A stretch of DNA of 63,644 nucleotides from Polyangiales bacterium. GTDB lineage: Bacteria; Myxococcota_A; Polyangia; Polyangiales; Polyangiaceae. Below are positions 50,579 to 61,203 of the stretch, piece after piece. The position numbers and the translations under genes were made by a program. The notes beneath the pieces were generated by a model. It was not told the origin of the DNA. It saw nothing but the letters and a program-made list of their open reading frames with translations, and ran no database searches. The stretch spans positions 1 through 63,644 of the forward strand of contig JBBRNJ010000054.1 of assembly GCA_038230375.1 (NCBI GenBank). The letters run 5' to 3'. Numbering within the stretch: position 1 is the first letter of the stretch; each line of letters starts with the position of its first letter.

Positions 50579-51324
50579 TCACGGATTCTGGATCAACAAC
50601 ACGTCGTCCACGTCGATGCAGTCACCCGTGTTCGCACCGTAGGGCTCCGTGTAGAAATCGATCAGCTGGCGCTTGGAAACGGACGCGTCCACGATGGTCG
50701 CCTGCACCTGCGTCCATTGGACCTTCTTCAACGGAACGATCGAATCGGCGCGGCCGAAGTAGGCAGCCGCGTCTACCGCGTAGAGAAAGAGCTGCCCACC
50801 GCCGAGCGCGGGCTGGCTCGCGTCGAGCTGTCCGCCGGAGCGCACAAAGGCCGTCAACACATACGTGTTGTGCGGGCCGTACGTGAATGACTGGTCCAGT
50901 TCCCCCATCCCCTGCGTGGGACAGAAGTGACAGTAGTGGCTACCGCTGTTCGCGCCGCTGAGCACTCCCCCCTCCATGATGGTGCCGATCCCCCTCACCC
51001 GACCCAGCTGCCGCCACACGTCGCCGAGGGCAACTCGAAGCTGTCGCAATAGAGGGTGCCGGCGGCGTCCATGTCACAGATCGGCGGTGTCAGCGGGACG
51101 ATCGTTTTCCCTGTGTCGACGAGTGCATCGAAGGCCGCATCAACGAGGCCTGCGTCGGAGGACACGGCGCCATCACCGGAAGACGCACCGGTGTCCCCGG
51201 TGTCGCCTGCGTCGGTCGATTGCGCGTCGGAGCCGGAGAAGGTGCCACACGCGGCAGCGACGCCGAGCGCGCAGGTCGTCAGTCCGAGCCGCGTGAGAGC
51301 CGTGCGCGACGGACGAGGACGCAT
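50579..51324 (-). pseudogene. Frameshifted lipoprotein gene (or sequencing error)
   Basis: The lipobox AAAC ORF from ATG 51324 stops at 50995, while a protein-like C-terminal domain continues in another frame to 50579. Confidence 0.6.
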
Positions 51325-52295
51325 CAGAACGAAATAACTCCGGTCCGGAGCGGACGGAGCGCGGAGGTTGCCGCATGCTCGCCGGATGGAGCCGTGAGCC
51401 ACAGGACCACGCCCGCTACGACAAGGACGCCGCCGGTGATGAAGAATCCGGTGGCGAGATCTGCGGATTGTCCTGCCTGCGTCTGCTTCGTGTGGGCCGT
51501 GGCGTCACAGCCGTTCTGACAGTTCGCGTCGTTCTTCTTGTTGATCGCGTCCAGCGCGAACACGGTGGCCACACCCGTGGCGACCAGGCCAAGCCCACCA
51601 GCGGTCACGGCGAGCACCTTGCGCGTGCCGAAGCCGCCCTCTCCGTCGTGCGGCTTGTCCGTCACTGCGCCTCCTTGACCTGGGGGCGGTGGCGGCGGTT
51701 TCGGTGCGTCAGCGAGCTTCGGGAACGTGAGCACCGTCTCCTGGCAGCTCGGCTGCGCGCCTGGGACGGTGACGGTTCGCTCGATCGAGATCTTTCCGTC
51801 GCCGGAGAACACCAGCGTGTGCGCGCCAGGATCCATGGGAATACCCACGCCGAACGTCCCGGAGTCGCTCGCAGCGCCATCCCGTGAGACGCGAACGCCG
51901 CTCGCCGCTTCGGGCACCTCCGGCTTCACGACCAGGCGACAGAGCAAGGGCTCGAGCTCCTGTACGCGGCTCCGTGCGATCAGCTCGCGTTCCTTCTGGG
52001 CCGACTTCAGCGCGCCCGCGGCGGCTTCCTTGTAGGTGATCCACGCGCTCGCAGTGCGTCCCGCCTTCGCGTAGCACTCGCCCAGGTTCATGAGCGTGCC
52101 GAGCGCGGGAGAGAGGCGCTGGCTGGTCTCGAACTTGGGACACGCATTCGCGTAGTCGCCACGGGTCATGAGCGTCCGACCTTCACCGAACGCCGCCTCG
52201 GCCGCGAGCTCGTCACCGCTGGTCCCCTCTGCACGTGCGAGAGCAGGGACGAGCAGGCAGGTCGTGAGGAATAGGAGGGTGAGTCGTGATCGCAT
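51324..52295 (-). CDS. TPR/PEGA-like exported protein of a myxobacterial kinase module
   Basis: Signal peptide; ACPKFETSQRL.PALGTLMNLGECY..GRTASAW; hydrophobic C-terminal hairpin ending in F. Confidence 0.8.
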   Translation of the reverse strand: MRSRLTLLFLTTCLLVPALARAEGTSGDELAAEAAFGEGRTLMTRGDYANACPKFETSQRLSPALGTLMNLGECYAKAGRTASAWITYKEAAAGALKSAQKERELIARSRVQELEPLLCRLVVKPEVPEAASGVRVSRDGAASDSGTFGVGIPMDPGAHTLVFSGDGKISIERTVTVPGAQPSCQETVLTFPKLADAPKPPPPPPGQGGAVTDKPHDGEGGFGTRKVLAVTAGGLGLVATGVATVFALDAINKKNDANCQNGCDATAHTKQTQAGQSADLATGFFITGGVLVVAGVVLWLTAPSGEHAATSALRPLRTGVISF

Positions 52296-53641
52296 CAACG
52301 GCGATCGATATAGTACACGTCGGCGGAAGCGGAAGGGGGAGCCGATGGCGCCCTGGCGGACGGCGCAGTTGTCACGGCGCTCGCGCCAGGCTTCGTTCCA
52401 GAGCCTGCTGCCGGCGGTCGTGCGAGCCCCTTCGGCCCGGAGCCGTTCGGCGAGAGCCCGCGCCCGCTTGATGCGGGCGCACTGCTGGGTGCAGCGCTGG
52501 GGGGGATCGCGGGGGCCGAGACAGCGCCGGGCGTTCCGCTGGCGATCTGCGGTGCGATGCTCGCAGGTGCCTGCGGCGGCGCCGTGGAGGCGGCATCCGA
52601 GCGCGAGCTAGCGAAGCGGCTGTAGGCCGTTGCGCCACCCACGCCGAGCACCGCGGCGGCAGCGACCGCGAGCCATGGCAGCCGCGAGCGCGCGCGGATG
52701 CTCACCGGCTGCGTCGTCTTCGCGGACAGCGGCACCATCGGTCCCTCGATGGTGATGGAGGCGGCCGCGTCCGTCTCGGAGTCCTCGGGGCGCGGAATGA
52801 TCGGCTCTGCATCCGTCGTGCGCGGCAGCTCCGGTGTCGACTTTGCCTCCGCCGCAAGGACCACCGCATCGCGGAACGCGCCAGCGTCGGCGTAGCGCTG
52901 CTCCGGGCGCGTGGAGATGGCGCGCATCACGACGCGCGAGAGCGCCTTTCCGCTCGGCCGCGGAAGCGCTTGCGGATCCAGGCGCGAGCCCGCGGCGTCC
53001 TCCTCGCCCCATGGGAGCCGTCCGGCGAGCATCATGTAGAGGGTCACGCCGAGCTCGTAGACGTCGGATGCGATGCTCGCGCCTTGTCCGAAGAAGCGCT
53101 CCGGCGCCATGTACGCGCGCGAGCCGCGGACGAAGCCCGCCTGCGTGGTGGTGGATGCCATCCCCTCCACTTCGCGCACGATGCCAAAGTCCAGGAGCAC
53201 CGGCCGCAGCGAGGCGTCCGGGTTCCTGGCGAGCATGATGTTCTCCGGCTTGATGTCGCGGTGAACGAGCCCTTCGTCGTGGAGCGTCTGTACCGCGCTC
53301 GCGAGCGGCGCGAACAGGCGCACGGCCTCTTGCACTGGCAGGGCGCCGCGTCGCAATCGATCCGCGAGCGTCTCCCCGTGGAGCAGATCCATGACGAGGT
53401 AGGCGCGGCCGTCGGAGAAGACGCCGCTGCCAAGGAGCGTCACCAGCGCGGGGTGGCTCACGCGCTTCATGAGCTGCGCCTCTCTCAGGAAGCGCTCCTT
53501 CTCGCGCGGGTCGAGCTCCCGCTGGACCTTCAGCGCGACCTTGTCGCCGCCACAGCATGCCTCGTAGACGATGCCGCTGCCGCCGCGACCTAGCTCACGC
53601 GACAGCTCATATTCGTCGAGCCTCTCCGAAACCGCCTGCAC
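52295..53641 (-). CDS. Membrane-anchored Ser/Thr protein kinase
   Basis: GRGGSG, VALK, HRDIKPEN, DFG and YMAPE motifs; TM helix and Pro/Ala/Ser tail; start uncertain. Confidence 0.92.
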   Translation of the reverse strand: MQAVSERLDEYELSRELGRGGSGIVYEACCGGDKVALKVQRELDPREKERFLREAQLMKRVSHPALVTLLGSGVFSDGRAYLVMDLLHGETLADRLRRGALPVQEAVRLFAPLASAVQTLHDEGLVHRDIKPENIMLARNPDASLRPVLLDFGIVREVEGMASTTTQAGFVRGSRAYMAPERFFGQGASIASDVYELGVTLYMMLAGRLPWGEEDAAGSRLDPQALPRPSGKALSRVVMRAISTRPEQRYADAGAFRDAVVLAAEAKSTPELPRTTDAEPIIPRPEDSETDAAASITIEGPMVPLSAKTTQPVSIRARSRLPWLAVAAAAVLGVGGATAYSRFASSRSDAASTAPPQAPASIAPQIASGTPGAVSAPAIPPSAAPSSAPASSGRGLSPNGSGPKGLARPPAAGSGTKPGASAVTTAPSARAPSAPPSASADVYYIDRR

Positions 53642-53774
53642 GCCCCAACGATATCGCAACCCGCGGCGGGGATGCCCCAAGTCCTTCATCCGAATCGTGG
53701 CAGCCAAGCCCCGAGCCACGCCTGTCGCGGCGCGGCGGCGACGAAATTCGGCCCAAATACTGCCATTTGGTCGC

Positions 53775-53789
53775 TGGCACGGCCCTCGC
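53775..53789 (+). promoter_or_regulatory. sigma54 -24/-12 promoter
   Basis: TGGCAC-GGCCC-TCGC upstream of the GGAG SD and ATG 53862. Confidence 0.6.
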
Positions 53790-53861
53790 TAACCGCGTCC
53801 ACACACGCGGCGAGTCGCCGCTCCCAACGACGACCTTTCGAACGAACACTGGAGAACTCTC

Positions 53862-54341
53862 ATGGCCTTCCGCTTCACCGACACGCACGCCCTCTCGCTG
53901 GTCCAGCCGCACCTCTTCCCCGGCGAGCAGCTCTTGCACCGCAGCCGCGGCGTCGAGCGCCCCACCTGGACGCTGCTCTTCCCGAAGATCGGTGCGTTCT
54001 TCCACCGCTTCTATCTGGTCGTTGCGACGAACCAGCGCCTCCTGCTTGTCCAGCACGGCGGCCTGTTCTCCGGCTGGAAGGCGAAGGAGGTGCTCTCGTT
54101 CACGTGGTCCGAGGTGAACGACATGAAGCTTGGCTGGGGCATCTTCGAGAAGAAGCTGCACGTCGCGAGCTCGGCGAAGCGCCTCAAGAAGTCCATCGCC
54201 ATCCCGCGCTTCTGGATGAAGAACAACCTCAAGTCCGGCGAGGGCATGATCACGGCGTGGAAGAGCGCTGCGGCCCAGCTCCCGCCCGCCTCCACGGGCG
54301 GCTACTACCCTGCGCTCGCCCCGCAGAGCATGCGCGCCTAG
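53862..54341 (+). CDS. Bacterial PH-like domain protein
   Basis: L.PGEQL...YLVVATNQRLLLV...F.WSEV pattern; good SD and codon bias. Confidence 0.6.
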   Translation: MAFRFTDTHALSLVQPHLFPGEQLLHRSRGVERPTWTLLFPKIGAFFHRFYLVVATNQRLLLVQHGGLFSGWKAKEVLSFTWSEVNDMKLGWGIFEKKLHVASSAKRLKKSIAIPRFWMKNNLKSGEGMITAWKSAAAQLPPASTGGYYPALAPQSMRA

Positions 54342-54542
54342 AAGCCGCGGCGTTTTTCGTCGATACCTTCGCGCTGGCTGCGTTTTGCGGTCCGGTCCGT
54401 GCTCTCGGCCGGAAGGCCGCTCCGCGCGGTCCTCCCGCGAAAACGCACCCATCGCTCGGTCTCGGCGAAAACCACCACGGCTTCTTGTACGTCACAGTTT
54501 TGGTTGCCCGTCCGATGTAGCTTCGTGAAGAACGTGCATCGG

Positions 54543-56096
54543 ATGGGTGGTCGCGGGTTTCTCGCTTACATTGCTGGCGCGTCGCTCTCCGTGGCCTCGC
54601 TCGGCTGCTTTGGGATTGCTTGCGATAGCCGCGGCGCCAACGTTGCGGCCGCTCCTCGCGCGCTTGACGGAGCACCGCATGTCGCGGCCGCCGTGGACGC
54701 ACCGAGCGCTGGCGGAAGTAGCGCGGGCGCCATCCAGGATGCTGGGCCACCTCCGCCTCCGCCGTACGCCTTTGACGACGGTGACGACGACGCGGATGAT
54801 CCGGAAGATCTCCCGCACGAGAAGCTCGGCACGCACCTCGCCCTCACGAAGGTGGGCACTGCACCTTATGCGCTGACGCGCATCTGCGATCTCACTGCGT
54901 TCAAGGGCTCGCTCTACGCCGCGCATTCGAACCAGCCTCTGGGCTCTGACGGCGCGACCATCACGCGCTACACGAGGGACACCGGTAACGTCGGCAAGTT
55001 CTCCATCGCGTTCGACTGGAACCGCCCCGGCGAGCCCACGAAGGGCGGCGGCGCGGGGCAGGGCTTCCTGCGCGTGCACAAGTTCGGCGGGCGGCTCTTC
55101 GTCGCGGATGCGGACCCTCCCTACAACGGCCTCGCGATGGTCGAGTATGGCACCGAGGGCTACGTGTTCGTCTCCGACGAGAACGGCACCTTCGCGCGCG
55201 CACGCATGCCCGGATACAAGCCGCCGCTTGCGCCCGATGCGAACGGAAAGGCGGGCGCGTCCGTGCTCCCTCGCGCCTATCACGTGATCGACGTCGCGCG
55301 CTTCGGCGGGGAGTTCTTTGCGTCCACCGGCTCCGTGCCGCCCACCGAGCGCGCGTGGAACGGTCCCTCGCCCGGCGCGCTTCATCGTGCGCGCCCCGAT
55401 CTCACGCGCTTCGTCTACGACGTGGACTACCCGTTCCCGTACCAGAACGGCGTGTGGCGGCTCACGTACATGACGCGCTTCCACGGGCGGCTCTACGCGG
55501 GCATCCAGGACTACGACGGACGCGAGCCGAACGACTATGTGTACTTTACACCCGATTCGACGGATGCCGATGGCGGCGCTCCCGGGAAGAGCGTGGGCGA
55601 TCTTGGTGACGCAGGGGCGGATCGCCTTGCGCAGAACCGCACGCGGATGAAGGCGTTCCGCGTGAGCGACTCCGGGGCGGCGGAGACGTTGCGATGGCGC
55701 GTCGATCCGCGCACGCACACGCTCTACTGGATCGCCTGGACGCGCGACGGCGTGAACCTGCGCGCGACCCGCGACGGCGACACGTGGGAGACCATCGAGC
55801 TTCCTGCGTCCGCCGGCCGTCCTAGCGACATCCGCCGGTTCGGCGACGACCTTGTCGTGATGACCGAGCGCGCGCTCCTCTCGCTCGAACCCGACGGCAA
55901 GACGACCGAGCTCCTCCACGTGGACGGCAAGAAGACGCCATTCGAGGTGTCCGACTTCTTCTGCACCGCGCCGCTCGGCATCTACAAGGGCCAGCTCTAC
56001 GTCGGCGGACAGCGCGGCGGCACGCTCTATCGTGTGGAGCAGGTGCCCGACAGCGCGCCCACGGACGGCGGTGCGCGAGACGCTGGCGCGCCCTGA
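54543..56096 (+). CDS. Hypothetical lipoprotein, probable beta-propeller
   Basis: Lipobox GIAC; repeated F.G.LY/F strands. Confidence 0.65.
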   Translation: MGGRGFLAYIAGASLSVASLGCFGIACDSRGANVAAAPRALDGAPHVAAAVDAPSAGGSSAGAIQDAGPPPPPPYAFDDGDDDADDPEDLPHEKLGTHLALTKVGTAPYALTRICDLTAFKGSLYAAHSNQPLGSDGATITRYTRDTGNVGKFSIAFDWNRPGEPTKGGGAGQGFLRVHKFGGRLFVADADPPYNGLAMVEYGTEGYVFVSDENGTFARARMPGYKPPLAPDANGKAGASVLPRAYHVIDVARFGGEFFASTGSVPPTERAWNGPSPGALHRARPDLTRFVYDVDYPFPYQNGVWRLTYMTRFHGRLYAGIQDYDGREPNDYVYFTPDSTDADGGAPGKSVGDLGDAGADRLAQNRTRMKAFRVSDSGAAETLRWRVDPRTHTLYWIAWTRDGVNLRATRDGDTWETIELPASAGRPSDIRRFGDDLVVMTERALLSLEPDGKTTELLHVDGKKTPFEVSDFFCTAPLGIYKGQLYVGGQRGGTLYRVEQVPDSAPTDGGARDAGAP

Positions 56097-56131
56097 AGAG
56101 GTCTCGTCGACGGAGCGTGTACACTGCCGCC

Positions 56132-57508
56132 ATGCGTCCGTTCGCGCCTCTGCTCATGGGACTGGCGTGCGCCACCGCGTGTCAGGCCGGCGCCGACCGC
56201 GCGGGCGACACGAAGGTGAAGACGCCGAGCGCCGTCACGACCACCGCAAGCCCACCTGCGCGGGTGTCTGGAGGGACGTGCGACGACGTGCGACCCACCA
56301 AACCTGCACAGCTGGGCGCCACGATGAGCGTGGTAGCGCGCGTGCGGAATCGTCACGCGAGCTTCTATCGGCGCGGGCTCTGCGAGGTGGTGCTGGAGGC
56401 TGGTGTGTTCGAGTACGTCGGGCGAAAAGATGGTGCGCTCCAGCGGGTCGGTGATCTCGGTGCATACGCGAAGGACGTGGCGAGCGACGACATGGTCGGG
56501 CCCTCCGCCGGAGCGCCTTCGCGCGCGCTGAGCCCCCCGTCCCATGAGGAAGAGTCCGCAGTGGACGCTGACGGAACCACCGTGACCGTGCGCAAGGTCA
56601 ACGTGGATCTTGGCGACGGTCCGCGCGAGACGTGCAGTCTGGTCCCTTCCGCAGATGGACATGTCTACGCGACCTGCAGGCAGGGAGAGGTCCCGCTCAT
56701 CCTTCGCACGCCGAATGCATGGGTGCGCGTGGCGCGGGCGGGCGCCCTCACGCTCGAGACCACGCCGCACATCGCCGTCGCGCGCGATGGCTCGGTGTGG
56801 GCGTGGGAGAACCCAAAAGGTCTCGTGCGCATTCTCCCCGATGGACACAAGGAGCACGTGAGCCTTCCGCGCGTGTCCGAGGAGCTCGCGCGCCCCGTGT
56901 ATGACGGCTCCTACCCGGAGTTGATGAGCGCGAAGTGGACGCGTGGGGCGGACGCAGGTGTCCACTTCTGGCAAACGCTCCATGTCCTCACGCCGCGCGC
57001 ACCGGAGAAGATCGTCGCTCTCGAGAGCCTCTATCCGCAAGCTGACGGCAGCGTCTGGGCGCTCGGCTTCGAGGGCGGCGTCACGGAGTCCATGGTGCTG
57101 TTCACGTCCGGGCCAGCGCCCGCGGCCCCGTTCGAGATCGGCACGCCGTTCGATCAGCAGAACGAAGTCCGCAACACGAAGGAGCCGCGGCCCTGGACGG
57201 GCAGCGGATGTCCGCAGGTCTTCGTCGTTTTCGACGTGGCCTCGCACGAGCGCGAGGTGGCTGCCGCGCTCACCGCGAAGAGCTACGGGTTCAGCGTCGC
57301 AGTGGTTCGCGGGCGCATCGGCCCCCGCACCGAATCAGGGGTCTTGTTGCTGCGCACCACGCCGGAGTCCGACCCCGCCATCCTGGACACCAACGTCGAA
57401 CGGCTCCTCCATGTGGACGGCGCAAAGGCGTTCTGTGCGGCCCCGGTGCTCGAGCGCCTGGTGCAACTGCCTGGGCTCGAGCACGTGGTGCAACCGCGAG
57501 CGAAGTGA
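56132..57508 (+). CDS. Hypothetical lipoprotein
   Basis: Lipobox ATAC; two DGSVWA repeats. Confidence 0.6.
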   Translation: MRPFAPLLMGLACATACQAGADRAGDTKVKTPSAVTTTASPPARVSGGTCDDVRPTKPAQLGATMSVVARVRNRHASFYRRGLCEVVLEAGVFEYVGRKDGALQRVGDLGAYAKDVASDDMVGPSAGAPSRALSPPSHEEESAVDADGTTVTVRKVNVDLGDGPRETCSLVPSADGHVYATCRQGEVPLILRTPNAWVRVARAGALTLETTPHIAVARDGSVWAWENPKGLVRILPDGHKEHVSLPRVSEELARPVYDGSYPELMSAKWTRGADAGVHFWQTLHVLTPRAPEKIVALESLYPQADGSVWALGFEGGVTESMVLFTSGPAPAAPFEIGTPFDQQNEVRNTKEPRPWTGSGCPQVFVVFDVASHEREVAAALTAKSYGFSVAVVRGRIGPRTESGVLLLRTTPESDPAILDTNVERLLHVDGAKAFCAAPVLERLVQLPGLEHVVQPRAK

Positions 57509-57523
57509 CCGAAGGCGACGCGG

Positions 57524-58660
57524 CTACATCGCCGCGCTGACCACGCTCGCCATGAGGGCGGGCGTGAGCTCGTCGCCGCTGGTGAAGGTGACGCGAAGCG
57601 CCTCCAGCTTGTCCATCTCCACGATGCGTCCCGTGGCGACGAACGCCTCTTGCAGGAGCGCGCGCTCCTTCTTGGAGATGCGGCCGTCGAGCACGGATGC
57701 AATCACGAGGACGCGCAGCACCGTCGCGCTCTCGTCCCCCTCGATGCCGGCAAGTCGCGCGATGAACGCCCTTGGATCATCCAGGGAGTGCGACGGCGTG
57801 GTGTGAGGCACGCGCGCGCGGACCTCGCGGAAGAGCGCGGCCAGGTTGGGGTGCAGGTCTTCCTTCTTCACGATCGACGCGCCCACCGCGCGGAGCGCCG
57901 CTTCGGCCGCGGCGGGCTCGAGCTCCTTCTTGTTGGCGAACGTCATGCGCACGAGCTCGTGCGCCGCAGACGGGCCCATGACGCGCAGCTTGGCCTCGCG
58001 CATGATCAAGAACGCGACGATGCCGTTCCACATGGCCGTGAACGGCACGGACACGAACGGGACCAGGTACGAACGGAGCGCAGCGCGCGTGATCGCTCGT
58101 CGCACCAGCGCCTTGAAGAGGAAGTTCGTGGCGCTGATCTTCGCCTTGTAGACAAGCGACGCGATGATGAGCCGCACGCGCGACGCCTCCTTCCACGGAT
58201 CGATCCCCTCGAGATCGAGCCTGGGATTAGGCATCTCCAGTGCGGCGCGCGCCATGGTCGCTGCCAGGCGCTCGCGCTCGTCCGTCTCGGAGAACAGCGG
58301 AAGGCCGGCGGCGCGCGAGAGCTCGTGCACGGAGCGCAGCGCATCCCAGTAGAGGAACAGGATCTCGAGCACGCTCGCGAGCGCGAGGCCGAGCAGCAGC
58401 AAGAACCAGTAGCTCATCACATGCCCTGCGGTGAGCAGCGGCGTGGCAGCGACCTCCACGGCACCGGACACGGCGGTCGAGGTGGCGCCCGCCATCGCAG
58501 CGCGCACGATGGTCCAGCGTGCGATGCGCTTGATCTCCGCGCGCTCCTCCGCGTTGAGGACATTGACCCCGTCCTGATCCGCCTTTGGCGGCAGGCGTCC
58601 ATGCCGCGCGCGGATGTAGCGCACGCCAAGCCGAACAAAGAGCGGATCCGAGGCGCTCAT
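57524..58660 (-). CDS. Membrane protein with a TerB-like C-terminus (LBF_2804-like)
   Basis: Three to four hydrophobic segments; C-terminal LVIASVLDGRISKKERALL. Confidence 0.55.
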   Translation of the reverse strand: MSASDPLFVRLGVRYIRARHGRLPPKADQDGVNVLNAEERAEIKRIARWTIVRAAMAGATSTAVSGAVEVAATPLLTAGHVMSYWFLLLLGLALASVLEILFLYWDALRSVHELSRAAGLPLFSETDERERLAATMARAALEMPNPRLDLEGIDPWKEASRVRLIIASLVYKAKISATNFLFKALVRRAITRAALRSYLVPFVSVPFTAMWNGIVAFLIMREAKLRVMGPSAAHELVRMTFANKKELEPAAAEAALRAVGASIVKKEDLHPNLAALFREVRARVPHTTPSHSLDDPRAFIARLAGIEGDESATVLRVLVIASVLDGRISKKERALLQEAFVATGRIVEMDKLEALRVTFTSGDELTPALMASVVSAAM

Positions 58661-58688
58661 GCGCCCCAGTCGTATCAGAGAAGCGTGC

Positions 58689-59213
58689 CTAGTGGTTGCC
58701 CGGGGTGCGGGTGAGCAGGGCTCTCAGCACCTCGTCGCACGCGTCTCGCTTTGCGGCGCAGCTGACGTAACGCGTGGGCGTTCCGTTGACCACGGCCATG
58801 CGCGCGACGATGGGCCCGGAGCCCGCTTTTTCGCCCGCGAGCTTCACGCTTCGCAGCTGCGTTGCGCTCGCCGTGAAGTCGGTGTTGTCGCGCGGGATGC
58901 CCATGCCGACGAAGGGCTCCGCGAACTTGTCGAGGTTCTGCGCGACCTCCGCGGGCTCGTCGTGCTTGTCGGACTGCATGTCCAGCGCGACCACTTCGTT
59001 CGGGCACTGCCACGTCACGCCCTTTGGAGAGCCGGTCGCGCGGCACGATGCGAGCACGTCGAGCTTCTTGTCGCCGCTCGGTGCGACGGCGGCGCTGGCG
59101 GTCGCGCTCGCGGCGGCTGATTGCTCGAGCGCGTCGGGCACGGTCTTGCAGCCGGCGGCCAGGGTGCCGAGCGTGCCGGCGACGATCGCGAAAAGGATGG
59201 AAGGTACACGCAT
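58689..59213 (-). CDS. Hypothetical lipoprotein
   Basis: Lipobox AAGC; four further cysteines. Confidence 0.6.
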   Translation of the reverse strand: MRVPSILFAIVAGTLGTLAAGCKTVPDALEQSAAASATASAAVAPSGDKKLDVLASCRATGSPKGVTWQCPNEVVALDMQSDKHDEPAEVAQNLDKFAEPFVGMGIPRDNTDFTASATQLRSVKLAGEKAGSGPIVARMAVVNGTPTRYVSCAAKRDACDEVLRALLTRTPGNH

Positions 59214-59252
59214 CGTTTCGTCCGAAGACGTTAGCAGATAGAGTCGCGGGTC

Positions 59253-60437
59253 ATGCAGCGCCTCCAGAATGCCGTGCAGGGCTACGCGTGGGGCTCGCGT
59301 ACTGCCATCGCGGAGCTGCGCGGAGCTTCAGCCTCAGCCACGCCCGAAGCCGAGCTGTGGATGGGCGCGCATCCGTCCGCGCCGTCGCGGGTTGATGGCG
59401 GACGTGCCCTTGGCGACGTGATCGCCGCTGCGCCGGAGAATCAACTGGGCGCGGCCTGCGTGCGGCGGTTCGGGCCGCGGCTGCCGTTTCTCTTCAAGGT
59501 GCTCGCGGCCGCGGAGCCGCTCTCGTTGCAGGCGCACCCCACGGAGGCGCAGGCACAGGAAGGCTTCGACCGCGAAGAGGCCGCGGGACTTCCCATCACC
59601 GCCCCCAACCGCAACTACAAGGACCGCAATCACAAGCCGGAGCTCCTGTGCGCGATGACGCCGTTCTGGGCGCTCTGCGGCTTTCGTGACGTGGCGCGCA
59701 CCAATGCGTTCGTGGATGCGCTCGGCAGTCGCGGGCTCACGGAGGCATGTGCGCCGCTCGCGAAGGATGGGTCGAGCGCGCTCAAGGCCGTGTTCCTCGC
59801 GCTCCTCGGCCTCTCGCCTGAGGCCGCGATCGCGCTCGTGGCCGACGTGATGGATGCGTGTAGAATACATGAATCAGCATGCGGACCGTGGAAGGACGAG
59901 TGCCACTGGGCTGAACGTCTGGCCGCGCTCTACCCTGGCGACGTCGGCGCGGTGGTGTCGCTCCTCCTCAACGTGGTGCGGCTCTCGCCTGGGCAGGCGA
60001 TCTACCTGCCGGCTGGCAACCTGCACGCCTATCTCGAAGGAACCGGGCTGGAGATCATGGCGTCCTCGGACAACGTGTTGCGTGGCGGGCTCACCAGGAA
60101 GCACGTCGATGTGCCTGAGCTCTCTCGCGTGCTCGACTTCGGCGCGGGGCCGGTGAACATCCTGCGCGGCGACGAGGAGCGTCCATTCGAGCGCGTGTAC
60201 CAGACGAGCGCACCCGAGTTCGAGCTGTCGTTGCTGCACCTGTCGGGCGAGAGCACGCCGCCGCTCATGCGTCGCGGTCCGGAGATCTTGCTGGTGCTCA
60301 GCGGCGACGTGCTTGCGCGCGGTCGGTCCGAAGCGTTCCTCACGCGCGGTGACACTCTCTACATTCCGTTCGATGAAGGTCCCTTCACACTCACCGGCAA
60401 GGGTGAAGTGACGCGCGCATCCGTCGGCCGGATCTGA
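59253..60437 (+). CDS. manA: Mannose-6-phosphate isomerase, class I
   Basis: YAWGS, AELWMGAHP, LSLQAHP, YKDRNHKPE, HAYLEG..LEIMASSDNVLRGGLT motifs. Confidence 0.96.
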   Translation: MQRLQNAVQGYAWGSRTAIAELRGASASATPEAELWMGAHPSAPSRVDGGRALGDVIAAAPENQLGAACVRRFGPRLPFLFKVLAAAEPLSLQAHPTEAQAQEGFDREEAAGLPITAPNRNYKDRNHKPELLCAMTPFWALCGFRDVARTNAFVDALGSRGLTEACAPLAKDGSSALKAVFLALLGLSPEAAIALVADVMDACRIHESACGPWKDECHWAERLAALYPGDVGAVVSLLLNVVRLSPGQAIYLPAGNLHAYLEGTGLEIMASSDNVLRGGLTRKHVDVPELSRVLDFGAGPVNILRGDEERPFERVYQTSAPEFELSLLHLSGESTPPLMRRGPEILLVLSGDVLARGRSEAFLTRGDTLYIPFDEGPFTLTGKGEVTRASVGRI

Positions 60438-60457
60438 GCGCGGAAGTCGAACGCAGC

Positions 60458-61198
60458 ATGTATGCTCGTCGCGTGCGTCGCCTCATCAAGGCTTCTCTCC
60501 TTTCGCTGATTGCGTCCGTTGCGCTTCTTCGACCGAGCTCCGCCAGCGCGGCCGAGCCGCAGCAAGACGTCGCCGACGGCTCCGACAACTGCCGCGCGTT
60601 CCAGGAGAAGAACGAGCGCGAGCTCAAGGCCTGGGAGGCCACGCAGCCACCCGAGAAGTTCCAGGCGAAGCGGCCCGAGACTGTGCTCGACGCGCCGTGG
60701 TCGCCGTTCTTCTCGTGGTTCGGCGGCAACCTGGATCTGGTTGCGGCCACGTTCATCCCGCATTTTGGCGCGCAGCTCCGCGGTCCTACGCCAGCGACCA
60801 CGCTCTCCTGGCCGTGGTCGTTCTCGTTCGGGCCGTACTACGCGTGCTCACGCAAGGTGGGCACGTACGGCTTCGTCGGGCACAAGGTGCACCAGCTGAT
60901 GCTCGAGCCGGCAATCGTGCTCGGCGATCTGGGGATCGGCGTCACCACGCGCCCTGGTTATCGCTTCCTCTATCACCCCACGGACTGGGTCGTGGGCTTT
61001 GGCGGTGGGCTCGGCAGCACGCTGGAGATCGCAGGCAACCGCGAGCCGTTCCGCGCGTCGGTGGGGCCAGAGATCGTCCTGCACTTCGGGCACTGCTGCG
61101 AGCGCAGCTACTTCACGCTCGCCCTTCGCTACGACTACTTCGTTGCCGGCCGCGAGAACCACATCCTCGGCGCGAGCCTCGGCTACGTCTATTTCTAG
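60458..61198 (+). CDS. Exported hypothetical protein, possible beta-barrel
   Basis: Signal peptide (ASA-A); C-terminal LGYVYF. Confidence 0.6.
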   Translation: MYARRVRRLIKASLLSLIASVALLRPSSASAAEPQQDVADGSDNCRAFQEKNERELKAWEATQPPEKFQAKRPETVLDAPWSPFFSWFGGNLDLVAATFIPHFGAQLRGPTPATTLSWPWSFSFGPYYACSRKVGTYGFVGHKVHQLMLEPAIVLGDLGIGVTTRPGYRFLYHPTDWVVGFGGGLGSTLEIAGNREPFRASVGPEIVLHFGHCCERSYFTLALRYDYFVAGRENHILGASLGYVYF

Positions 61199-61203
61199 AG
61201 CTG

